Source: Saccostrea echinata (lineage: Eukaryota). From it: a stretch of 64,000 bases of DNA. Under the pieces are notes generated by a model that saw nothing but the letters and a program-made list of their open reading frames with translations, ran no database searches and was not told where the DNA came from. Where the stretch lies: positions 868,001 through 932,000 of the forward strand of contig NW_026889761.1 of the NCBI RefSeq assembly GCF_033153115.1. The letters are read 5' to 3'. Numbering within the stretch: the first letter of the stretch is position 1; each line of letters begins with the position of its first letter. Shown piece after piece: positions 1 to 10,877 of this stretch. The translations under genes and the position numbers were made by a program.

Positions 1-10
1 GGTCCTTGTA

Positions 11-503
11 CAGTACCTGGCCATAAGTAAGTCATAATTTTATTTTTCCACTACTGAGTATATATTTCATTGACAAAATGCATTTTTCTAAAATATTATT
101 GCAGTCTTATTTGTTGATAATTTTTTATGACTAAAACACCCTAAAATGTAGAATTGATTGCAGTTTCTTGATTTTATTTCAAAATAATTTTATCTTTAGG
201 CACTGCGGTTATATCACACGTCAAATGCGATTTAAAAATTTTATGACTCTAGATTGTTAAGAAATCATAGTAATTTGAAGTTAGAAATTTTGAAGATTTA
301 ATAAATTATTCTCAATGACTGGTGTATCATTTTGTTTAGCATTATAAGACAAGAAAATTTGAATAATTCTGTACGATTTAGTGAAAAAATCATGGATATT
401 GGGCTAAAATTGACCTCACAATAAGTTTTTATAAAAATTGGTTTTTTCAATGAAATATATAGTGTAAAAAGTGCAATTATGACTCACTTATGGTCATATA
501 CTG
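11..503. mobile_element. Tc1/mariner-type MITE
   Basis: Imperfect TIRs CAGTACCTGGCCATAAGTAAGTCATAATT / AATTATGACTCACTTATGGTCATATACTG, flanked by TA at 9-10 and 504-505; no ORF. Confidence 0.75.
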
Positions 504-860
504 TACTATCCATCAAGAAATAGTCTTCTTTCTCAGAATAATTTTCAATATTAATTGTGATTTTTATCCTTCAGGGTTAGAACCCTTTGTTCATGGTTGT
601 ATGGAAAGTCAAATGTAGATGTATTTTGTCGGAACTATCCAGAAATGTTTTTCAGATTACATGAGAATCATTATGTTGTACGTTGTTTTGCCTATACTAT
701 GTTGTCTTTTATGGGAATAGAAAAATCTTTCTCCCAGAGCCCGTATCATATATAAGTATAGGCGGTATTATACTCGTTATGGCGATGTTGCTGATTTATG
801 AAGAAGAAGCCCCGTCCATGCCATCTTGTTCATCACGTGATTTTTAAAGGTCAATGATGA

Positions 861-987
861 TTCATCACGTGATATGAAGATTGAGCCCCGCCTACTCTAG
901 TTCATCACGTGATATGAAGATTGAGCCCCGCCTACTCTAGTTCATCACGTGATATGAAGATTGAGCCCCGCCTACTCTGGTTCATCA
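861..987. repeat. 40-bp tandem repeat (3 copies) in the JIP1 3' UTR, abutting the stop codon
   Basis: Unit TTCATCACGTGATATGAAGATTGAGCCCCGCCTACTCTAG at 861, 901 and 941; partial copy at 829-841. Confidence 0.95.
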
Positions 988-3900
988 CTCCATATAGATA
1001 TCCTCTGTAGGATGGGTAAATGCCATATACTCCTGATAAAATCTCTTAAACGCATCCCTAGAAGAAAAAAGATACTGGTAAATTCGTTAACAAGAAAGAT
1101 ACTTGTACGGAACAGAATACATCTAACATGAGTGAAAGCCTTACCCGAGAGCATCCGAGACCGATCTCGTCGATTTCTCGCCCAGAAATACATGACATGC
1201 GAAGCGATATGACGATGGGTGTTTCGTAATGAACCCGAAATATCTATAAAAAAAAAGAAAGACAAGGCAGTAATAAGAGGTCCTGGATGTTGCAAAAATT
1301 TCATTAAAATTTGATTAATATGTACAACAGTTTATCATCTTATTTTGTTGTATTGGGTAGGTCGGCCCGGTAGCTCAGCAGTAGAGCACCCGCACTGTTA
1401 AGGGGAAGTCTAGAGCGTGAATTCTCGGGTTCGAGCCCCCAGTCTAGGTGAATTTTTGCCCGCCTGTTGTACATACTCTCGACATTCATGTCTTATGTAG
1501 ATCTAAACTCATTGATTGTTATTTACTTTATATAAATACATCATTTACACATACCGTTCATTTCGGGGATGAAACCCACAGAATGATATATTCTTCAAAG
1601 CAAAGAAATGAGTGAAATGGTCGTTTGTTTCGTGCTGAAAGGAAATTGAATGAGAAATATACATGCACACCAACAGAGAATTAATACGATTTTTTGACAA
1701 TTGACAACATTTTACAGACGGTAGTTAAAACTGCGACAGAGAATAACTGTGTATTTTGAGATTACCCCTGCTTTACTCTTGTCGAGCATGCGTATTCCGT
1801 ACTGGCTGATCTCCACGGAGACGATAGGTGGTGGTATGGAGGTTTTTGCAGAACGGCGGGACAGCGCCACCTGTAAGAAGAAGCAGTTACAAAGCCATTG
1901 TCTCCTTTTATGTATATCTGAAAAATTTCGTGTTTAGTTAGTTATATTTACATGGACTATATCTAACCTTATTGATGGCCTGGCATAGAACGTCGTCTCC
2001 TTTATGACCACTGACCTCCACTGAGCCTAGGAATCTCATATTGAAGTGAAAATTTCCGTCCCCATCTTAAAAAAATCATTGCATTGATTAACAAAAAAGT
2101 TTCCAGCTCCATCTTAAAACAAACAGCATTAAACTACTGCACCATAGAACGTGTGCATCCATCTTAAAAGCAAAAGAGTAGACGAGTCCGTCCTCGTCTT
2201 AAAAACATGAAACCCTTGCACTAAAACACATCTTTAGAAAGGAAAACAGTATGATTACCTTCATAGGAATATATAAGTCAATAAAATAGACAGAACAAGG
2301 CATAAGACTTTACCAGTATCTGCCTCCTCTAAGAAGTTTAGATCTGTGGCGTACATTGATGGGAAAATCCCTCGTCTTAGACTCCGTAAATTTACTCCTA
2401 AAAAAGCAGGATCAAAATCAGAAAATTGCGGAAGACCATTTAGGATCTATCAAAAAATATTTTTGAATTTGATATAACGAATTGTCGAAATAGATATAAC
2501 GAATTAAATTCGTTATATCAATTCCTTATAACAAATAAAATTTGCTATTACAAATTTCATGAATTCGTTTATTTGTTATAACGAATTATAAAACTTGTTA
2601 TAAAGAATTAAATTATTTGAAAAAATTCTTAGATATGTTGTAACAAAATAGATTCGTTTTAACAAATTCAACAATTCGTTATATCAAATTCATATATATT
2701 TTACTATAGACCCCAATTGTTGAATTTGATTAAACGAATATAATTCGTTATAACAAATTTTAGACTTTGTTTAAACAAAAATTTTAGAATTCGTTTGAAC
2801 GAATTTAATCTAAGAATTTTTGAATTTGATACAACTAATTCAACAAAGAAGATGGGTGAACAAGGCGTGCAGAATGCCTATAGCTTCAGATATAAAAAAA
2901 AAAATCAAATTCAGTTTGTGAATAAGTATTTAAAGTAAAGTTCTCATTATTGAAATTTATGAAATAAAGTTCAACAAAACTTTTCTGAGAAAAAAAATGA
3001 TCTCAGAAAAATTATTCTTTTATTAAAAAATAAAATGGTATTCGTGGGATTCGAACCCTAGCAATAAAAATCCGCAGTATCATACTGCTTTGAGACTAAC
3101 ACGCTAACCACTACGCTACACAGCTCCTGATGAATTGTGGCATTTAAATCTTGTTTGTGATATGACCCTTGACTTAAATGGACTTCAAGTATTTCTCGGA
3201 AAGATGCGAATGCTCTGTCATAAAATTGTACTTTAAAGGTATAGTGGGTCTTTGCTCCATGTTTTTGTAAACTAAAAAATGCATATTTTAATGCAAACTT
3301 TTAGGACTAATTTTCCAAAAAATTGAGCGAAGACCCACTCATATCAAAAAATTTTGTTAAAGTATGAGAAAATGGTCCCTTTTGTCCCCATTAGTGTGTG
3401 TATGCTATTTCACAGGCAAATAATTTCAGTCTTTGTGAAATTTTTGTAAATTGTAGGGATTTTACATAAAATATACTTTAATATTAGATGAAATATCAAA
3501 GAAATTTTTGATATAATTGAGATTTTATTTTTCAATTCATGTTTGTCGCACTATAGGCACTTCGCCCGCCTTGTTCACCCATCTTCTTTGTTATAACAAA
3601 TTGCATTCGTTATAACGAATTCATAAAATTGTTATAACGAATTGAATTAGTTATAACAAATTCGACAATTTGTTATATCGAATTCTAAAATATTTTCTGA
3701 CAGGTCCTAAATGGGCTTCCGTAGAATTGCGACTTTATTGATCTAATGGTCATTTATTTTTTGCGAGCCTTCTATTCGTTTCACCATCTAATATCTTTCA
3801 CAGATAATCACAGCGAGAAGTTTTAGAGTTGTTTCACATTATTATGGACGAGAGATATTTTTTGTGAAAATATATGGATATAGATACACTTCTAACCCTA

Positions 3901-6900
3901 ATTCTAATTACATTTCTAACCCTAACTCTAGATACAGTTCTAACCCTAACCCTAGATACAGTTCTTATCCTAACCTTAACCCTAGATACAGTTCTAATCC
4001 TAACCCTAGATACAGTTCTAATCCTAACCCTAGGTACAGTTCTAATCCTAACTCTAGATAAAGTTCTAATCGTAACCCTAGATACAGTTCTAATCCTAAC
4101 CCTAGATACAGTTCTAATCCTAACCCTAGATACAGTTCTAATCCTAACCCTAGATACAGTTCTAATCCTAGATTCAGTTCTCGCGAATAAAATGCGATTT
4201 ACAGAACCTTCACACCAAAGGTCATCATCAAGACGGAACACGTGTAATGGGTCTCCTATCTCTATGGCGACCTCGTCTTTATGCCGTGGAATGAATCGGT
4301 GCATGCCCCTGTGTGTGACCTCCAAATCAAGAAAGTTAGTGTCCCCAAAAACCGACGCTGATTTCTGATTGGAATCTGATGGAAAAAATAAATTCAAATT
4401 ACATGTCCATAGAGAAGCGTAGGGATAAAAAAGGCCTGTACACTGTGAATAAAAAGAAAAGAGTTGTGTCTAGAATTATTACTAGTATATTAACATGATT
4501 GAATACAATATTTTTTTTCTGAAAAGGGCGATAAAATTAACAAGTTAAGGATATGACATGATAATTTTACCATCACCGCTATCCCTTCTTCGTCGGTCAT
4601 CTGACGTAATAAGAGCGGAAGCGGAAGCTGTTGTCTCGCCCACTTCCTCTTTTGAAGTTGTGTATTTAGTTTGGTCTTTGGCCGCTATGCGTTTTTGTGT
4701 CATAATGGAAGATGTCCTGCTATCATCTCTTTCGGTTTGCTTTGGTGCTGTTACATCAGCATCTTTATATGAGTCTGTTGATAAGTGACTTGCACTTTCT
4801 GTCGACAGATGGCGCATGTCAGCGGAATTATGACGTGATCGTGACCTCGGTCTGGTATCGGGCACGGAGTCCTCTGACAAATACACGTTGTCTGACGACA
4901 AACAGGGCGCCGTATTGCCAGACACTGAGTTGAAGCAGACACTTTTCAGTTCATCTAGGTACTGCTTACTGAATTTAGGGTAGACTTTCCCCTGTTTGGG
5001 GGACTGATCAGGGAGAAACACATCGTCACTGTCTCCGCGCAATAACGCCTCCTGAAGTTCGTCTGCCAAACATTTCTCGTTTATAGGTTTGACTTCTGGT
5101 ACTTTACTTGGGGTCACTGCAGAATCAATCAATATAAATATTAATGTTGGTGTAACCATCCACAAATATACATTATTTTTTAAGAATGATATATAATTAT
5201 TTTCATTTTTGACAACCGAAAGATGCATCAAAGTGAAACCTAAATGAGTTAAACTATGGGAAACATCTTTATTCCTTACCTATCACGTGGTTCTGGGTTG
5301 AGGGAACAGCAGGTAATTTTCGCGGTTTTCTAGATCCTCTGGTTAACACGGGTTTGACCACGTGATTGTTTGTCAACGTACTGGGCCTTTTTGCTGCTGT
5401 ATTCTTTATCTGGTAAATAGAAGAATGTAGGTGGATATGAATTGTGTACATATATTCGGTCAGTATAGTGTTGCTATACATGAAACAATACTAATTATAT
5501 AGATGTTAGAATGTTTTATAGAAGTAGTACCTGTAAGTCCGTGATTAATTGTGTGTCACCCTGACTCACGTTTCCCGGGGCTTTCTTGCTGAGCTTGCCG
5601 TCGCAGTGATTCTTTGAGCTGTGGTATTGGTTATTTATAACATTGTTTAGTTGTTCTAAGGTTTTCTGTTTTATCTGTAAGGGGGATAACTCTTGTTTCT
5701 CATCGCCCTCGTCTTTGCTGCATTCTGCCTCGGGTGAATGAACACGCCTTGTCAGGCATGACAGAATATATTGCTCTTTTTTAAGTTCGGATTCGTAGTC
5801 ATGGAGATCTTCTGGGAGATTTTCAGGGCTGATGTCATGGGTCAATCTACATAATAAATATTACAAAAGTACTCAAAGATAATATATGTCTTTAAGTTGA
5901 AGAATTAAATTGCAGAAAAGTTGATATTTCCTATCCATATTCAAACTAGAAAGTTTTTTTTTTAAATTCAAGGAAATCTTATTTAAGGTTTTGTATTTTA
6001 TACATTTTCTGACAGACGATTTTTTTTCATTACAAAAGCACTTGTTGGATGAAGAGGTGATAAGAATATATAATTATCTGGCGACAAACGATCTTTTAAT
6101 CTACGTGCTGTTCAAATTAGTCTTTTAATTAGTGCGCAAAACTAAAGGTATCACACATGCAGCACATAAGCTAGAGTGTTCTAAGGAAGGCAAGTGTCGC
6201 CTTATATAGCTCTAAACACGGCACACTAAAGAGTTCTACTTGTAAGGTAGTTTTATGCAGTTAGAGTGATCTGTCCTTAGGAGTAAGATGGTGAAAAAAA
6301 GGTTATTCACAGTTAATTCAGGCCCATAGGAAGCAATTTCAGTTTGGGGGGCACAGCCAAAAATTTTAATTTGGGGGGCACAATAAACTACCAAAATTCT
6401 TTGACAAGATCAGTCATCAGACGTGTTCATTGAGGGGGCACAAGCATATAGTACCTAAGTTTTCTATAGTATTCTATATATCGGCAAAAAACTATTGGGG
6501 GGGGGGGCACGGCCATGTAATTACACAATTTGTAATAGAATAAAATATTCTTAGCATTATATTAGACCAAGAATAAGTAACTGAATTCATTATTACCATT
6601 AATCTTCCAAATATAAGGAAACAACAGTGATTTCTGTTCACGAATAGCTTATTGTCTTTGAACATTTTTTTCCTGCGGAAATAAGGCAAATTACCCTATG
6701 TTGAAAATGAACTAAATAGTCACTTTATAGTTTATACACACCCATTATGATATATTTTTCTCCAAGTCAAAAAGCACTTTTTGTTAGTGTTTAGAGATTC
6801 CTTAATGACACAAATGAAACCTAAAGGTTGATCTTTCTTTCATATCATACTAGCATTATAGTTAAAACAAGCAAAACTGCCAAAAATAATATTTATAAAA

Positions 6901-8930
6901 GTTGCAATCAATAGAAATTCAATTTAGAAAGAACAATTAAATTGAATTTATTAAAAATAATTATTTATTCATTAACTTCAACAATCCCTCAGATTACTGA
7001 AGCCAAGTCGGTACACCGATCCCAATAAACGAACGGAGCAATTTAATTGCAACGTCGGCCTTTTCCGTCAAGTAGAAAAAACGGCTGTATTTCATTTCCA
7101 GAATTTTAAAATCGTCTACTTTTCATTTCCGAAATCTTATAGTATTCATTTCCGACATTTATGAAATAGTACTTCTCCGGCAATAAAGCGGAGCTTAATA
7201 CTGTATTAAAGTCTTAAAAGATTAAATCATTTAATCCAATTTTTTTTTATTTTTCTTAGCTAGTATAATGTGTTTTTAACTGGGGAACTCGATTAGACTA
7301 TATCAAGTGACTCGGACATAGATATATGGTGCAGTTACCGACATATAATATATACGTATTAAAACTGATCAATTATCGACCTCATGGTTAAAACAGCTGA
7401 GTCTCACAACAGTAATCAAATACCTGTAAAGGACACTTGATACAAAAAAAAATGTATGCATGAATTGTATATATTTTGCAAATAGTTTGGTGGCAAATGA
7501 TATAAATTCCAAATTCCTAAAATAAAGAGAATTGAAGATTTTTTTAATTCTCAAAATGCAGTAAGGAAGAATTCTTCTCATATTTATTGTATTTAAACAT
7601 TCGTGAATTTTTACACAATCAAAAAGACAATATCATTAAGCCCAAACCCTGAGGGTATCATTTCAGTAAAAATTGACCTCTTATTTTAGTATCAAGGTCA
7701 GGTCAAGGTCATTGTGATTTCCCCTAGACATTAAGGATTAAAACTTACTTTTGCCATCATATTATGACCCCTCTTAAAAACATTATATGTTCATCTAATT
7801 GCATAAAAAGAAGGTACAAATGTACCACGTAAAGTCCGTCAGTTAAGCACTACAAATTGAAATAAAGAGATATTTGCTAACTCGAATTTTCAGATTTGTT
7901 TGGATATAAGAAAAATATAATCTTCAAATTCCTAAGATATCAAATAAAGGGCATTTATGAAAATAAACTTCAATATTTTAATTAGTCAGAACCTGAAAGA
8001 ATTCGTCGAATACATTTTTGCCTTTCCCTTTATGAATTTATAAAAGTTTTTCTTGCTTTTTTTTTTTTAAATATCGCCTTATTGATTTAATTTTTTTTAA
8101 AAACCATTTTATATAATATTTTAGAGAAATCTTTTAAAAAGAATTTATTTTACTCAGATTAGGTATATGTTTCATGATTTTTGAAAATAAAAATGTTTGT
8201 AGTAATCGACTATAAGTCACTTATTTTGTTGACACTGCATTTTATGGTAATGGTCAAACACCCACGATTCAACTCCAACAAAATCAATGGCGTCTGCACC
8301 GCTGAGATATAAAGATGTCGTCTTATAAGGCATTCCTATTTCCATCGATTGAGCTCTCCGAGACTCTCGGGAGTTTTCTCTGATATAGAGTGCAAATGAT
8401 CGATTATGGTATTTTCTGTTGAGTAATTACAAAATTTCATGCTTTACCAATGAACAATATTATTGTGTCTATGCATTGTATAAAAATTTTTACAATTTGT
8501 AATTATAAAATTCACCACACAATCAATAAAAATATTACATAACGTTATGGCATGAAATAGACACCTTATATATGCATAATAAATTCATAATCTCTAAACA
8601 TCGGTATTATCTATATATTACAGCCTTGTCTTTCAAAAAGGCAATCGTACTAGGAAAGTTGTGTCTGAATGTTCGGGGAAAAAAATATACACATTCAGAT
8701 TTATTTCAATTATCTTGTTACACTCATTCAAATAAATTTGGACATCGCCCCCTATATGGCTTTTCATCTTTCGTACAGTGTTCTGTATGAGTACCATTCA
8801 ATACCTGGAGGTCACCACTGAATGACAGGTTGTCTGCCCCCCCCCCCCCCTCCCCCGAACCAAGCCGTTGTTACATATGTACCTACCTGAGGGAGTAGTC
8901 CGGCCGGAGAAGACAATTCAGTTTCAGCAT
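985..8930 (-). CDS. MAPK8IP1: JNK-interacting protein 1 (JIP1 scaffold: JNK-binding motif, SH3, PTB), 11 exons, ~580 aa
   Basis: Exons 8887-8930, 5531-5846, 5280-5409, 4571-5116, 4208-4375, 2314-2397, 1968-2065, 1766-1870, 1555-1634, 1145-1243, 985-1057, all GT-AG and phase-compatible. Motifs: RLTHDIS (JIP1 N-terminus), KRPSTL (JNK docking), SH3 [73 protein letters not shown], and C-terminal PTEDIYME* (kinesin light chain-binding tail). Confidence 0.95.
1321..1473 (+). mobile_element. Short TG..CA element with inverted ends containing a tRNA-like sequence (JIP1 intron 9)
   Basis: TGTACAACAG (1321-1330) / CTGTTGTACA (1464-1473) inverted ends; internal A-box TAGCTCAGCAGTAGAGC and B-box GGTTCGAGCCC; CTGTTAA anticodon-like loop. 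Confidence 0.6.
2427..3723. mobile_element. Non-autonomous TIR DNA transposon with subterminal GTTATAACGAATT-type repeats (JIP1 intron 5)
   Basis: ~60-bp imperfect TIRs (TGCGGAAGACCATTTAGGATCTATCA.. / ..TGACAGGTCCTAAATGGGCTTCCGTA) and many short palindromic repeats inside; interrupted by a second element. Confidence 0.75.
2842..3592. mobile_element. Nested MITE with TIRs and an internal tRNA-like segment
   Basis: TIR AACAAAGAAGATGGGTGAACAAGGCG / CGCCTTGTTCACCCATCTTCTTTGTT; minus-strand A-box TAGCGTAGTGGTTAGCG and B-box GGTTCGAATCCC at ~3045-3120. Confidence 0.8.
3890..4180. repeat. 24-bp minisatellite (~11 copies) with TAACCC telomere-like hexamers
   Basis: Unit CTAGATACAGTTCTAATCCTAACC; some 30-bp variants with an extra TAACCC. 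Confidence 0.95.
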
Positions 8931-8934
8931 TTTG

Positions 8935-8952
8935 TCAGAATCCTTCCGCCAT
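8935..8952 (-). promoter_or_regulatory. 5-codon uORF (MAEGF*) ending 4 nt before the JIP1 ATG
   Basis: Minus strand: gaat ATG GCG GAA GGA TTC TGA caaa ATG CTG. Confidence 0.55.
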
Positions 8953-8983
8953 ATTCTACAGTGGGACAATCCCTGATCGATTG

Positions 8984-8991
8984 TGACGTCA
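8984..8991. promoter_or_regulatory. Perfect CRE/ATF palindrome TGACGTCA just upstream of JIP1
   Basis: Exact consensus 54 bp from the JIP1 start codon, in the JIP1/ATP5PB divergent intergenic region. Confidence 0.5.
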
Positions 8992-9517
8992 GAGGGTTCA
9001 TTATGATAATCATAGATCGATACCAGAGAATGGGTATCTTCTGTTAATGCTCCATAGTGTCACTATATGTCTTTCAATATGGCAAAAAGCATGAAATAAA
9101 TTTTACGAATATTATGAAAATTGGAACGCGTTAGAAATTGTCAAGGAATCCAATAACATGGGGATTGTATTTTCACGTTCAAGCTATGTAAAGCATGCAA
9201 GAAAGCATATTTATGTGAACAAGCTCAAAATACAATGTATGGTGTGATACGTAAGACTAGACAATTTAATTTCCCGTCCAATGACAATTAACTAGATTTG
9301 TTTGATATAGTAGTTTTATTTGTATTGTTATATGGTTACTGATGTGAAATATTATAGGGTTGCGAAATTTTTGATATTATCGAACCAGTATAATTAAGTT
9401 TTCTTACACATATCATGAATTTGAGCTATGTTTTATTTTGAACATATTAAATTATTTTTATTCACAAACATATTGTCAACGGGATTGGACACAAGGTCCA
9501 AAAACTTAGGTGAGTCT

Positions 9518-9755
9518 TCTTACTTACATACTCACCCTCTTCGTCCCCTATGGGACATAAGGCTTCAACAAGCTGTCTTCATCTTCCTCTGTCCTTCGTC
9601 ACATGCTGTGCCTGTCCCCTCGCGTAGCCCATTTCCTCTAGCTCTGATGTTATGGTTCTTCTCCATGTTGTTCGTGGTCTATCGATTCGCTTCCTCTTTC
9701 CAGATGGTGTCCAATGTAGGGCTGCGTCCAATGTATGGCTGTTTTAGGCGTCCAA
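9518..9755 (-). mobile_element. RTE-clade LINE 3' fragment
   Basis: Minus-strand degenerate translation ALHWTPSGKRKR..RPRTTWRRT..AQHVTKDRGR.RQLVEALCP matches the RTE ORF C-terminus; GTAAGTAAG-type tail. Confidence 0.7.
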
Positions 9756-10282
9756 AGTAGGGCTAGGTAGTTTTCTCCCCATACATAAAATCTGAATAGC
9801 CGTACAACATTTATGAAGATTTACAATAATATACATGTACATAGAAGAACAAAAAACAATCATTTTTATAGCTAAGAATATCAGTTAGTAATAATGATGA
9901 TTATAAATACGATGTTGATATTATTAACAATAATTCAATAGAGATAATACAAATAAGTATTAATTGAAACGACTAGTATCCTGAATAAATTTTTGAACAA
10001 TACCATTTTTAAAAATTTTCCTGCAAAGATAAGAATTTATCCTTACAGTCACGTATAATGTAAAAATTTTATTTGTGGTCAACCCAGAGTTATATGCATA
10101 TGGTTTATCTTCTATAGCAAATACTTTATGAAAAAAAAATTGATTGCAAAAAAATTGAATTTTTTTAAAAATTCATTTCTAATTTTTAATTTATTTCTGC
10201 ATTCATGCGGGTACTTTTTCATTTCAGAAATTTATTAGTAACATGCATTTTCTGGATATAATTCAATGCATGTTGATACAAT

Positions 10283-10639
10283 GCAGGCGCGGATCAAGGA
10301 TTTTTTTTCGGGGGGGGGGGTGGGTGGGTTGGGTTGTGGGGGGTTAGGTTCCACCCAGCCAAAAAATTTTCAATCAAGAAATTTTTTGACAAACAAAGAA
10401 AGAAAGAAAAGAAAAAAAAAAACAAACTCCTTTCCCAAACGTATCAAACCGAGAAAATTTCTTGACACGCAAAAAAAGTTCGCTCCCAATCGTGAAAAAA
10501 AATTCTTAGTGGTTGTGGGGTCCACGTTTTTCTTGGTGGGGGGGTCAAAGTCTTTTTTTTGTTTTTGTTTTTGCTACAGTATAAACTTTAAATGACCCCC
10601 GACTACCCCCCCCCCCCCCCCTTCTTAGATCCTCGCATG
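10283..10639. mobile_element. Short MITE with G/C-run subterminal tracts
   Basis: CAGGCGCGGATC.. / ..GATCCTCGCATG inverted ends, with poly-G and poly-C tracts inside. Confidence 0.5.
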
Positions 10640-10877
10640 CAATAATTTGTTTCAGGTTATTCATTCTATGTTTTCTCTGCTTCATTGTCTGCACTCCCTA
10701 AACATGTAAATGTATAAAGAATTGTCAAAATTGAATATATAAGAACACAAATTTGAAATTTAAAATTGATTTATAACACGTATTGGAAATAGTGTATATG
10801 AAATAAAACGGTACAACTTGTTGTTCACCTGCAACATCCGGGCAACTACCGGCAATAAGGTCACGACGGTTGCCAGA

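Noticed and set aside
1364-1450. Functional tRNA-Asn gene (also tRNA-like segments at ~3045-3120, ~51270-51355 and ~55710-55780)
   Set aside because: A and B boxes are present, but the acceptor and anticodon stems do not pair properly and all sit inside repeat elements
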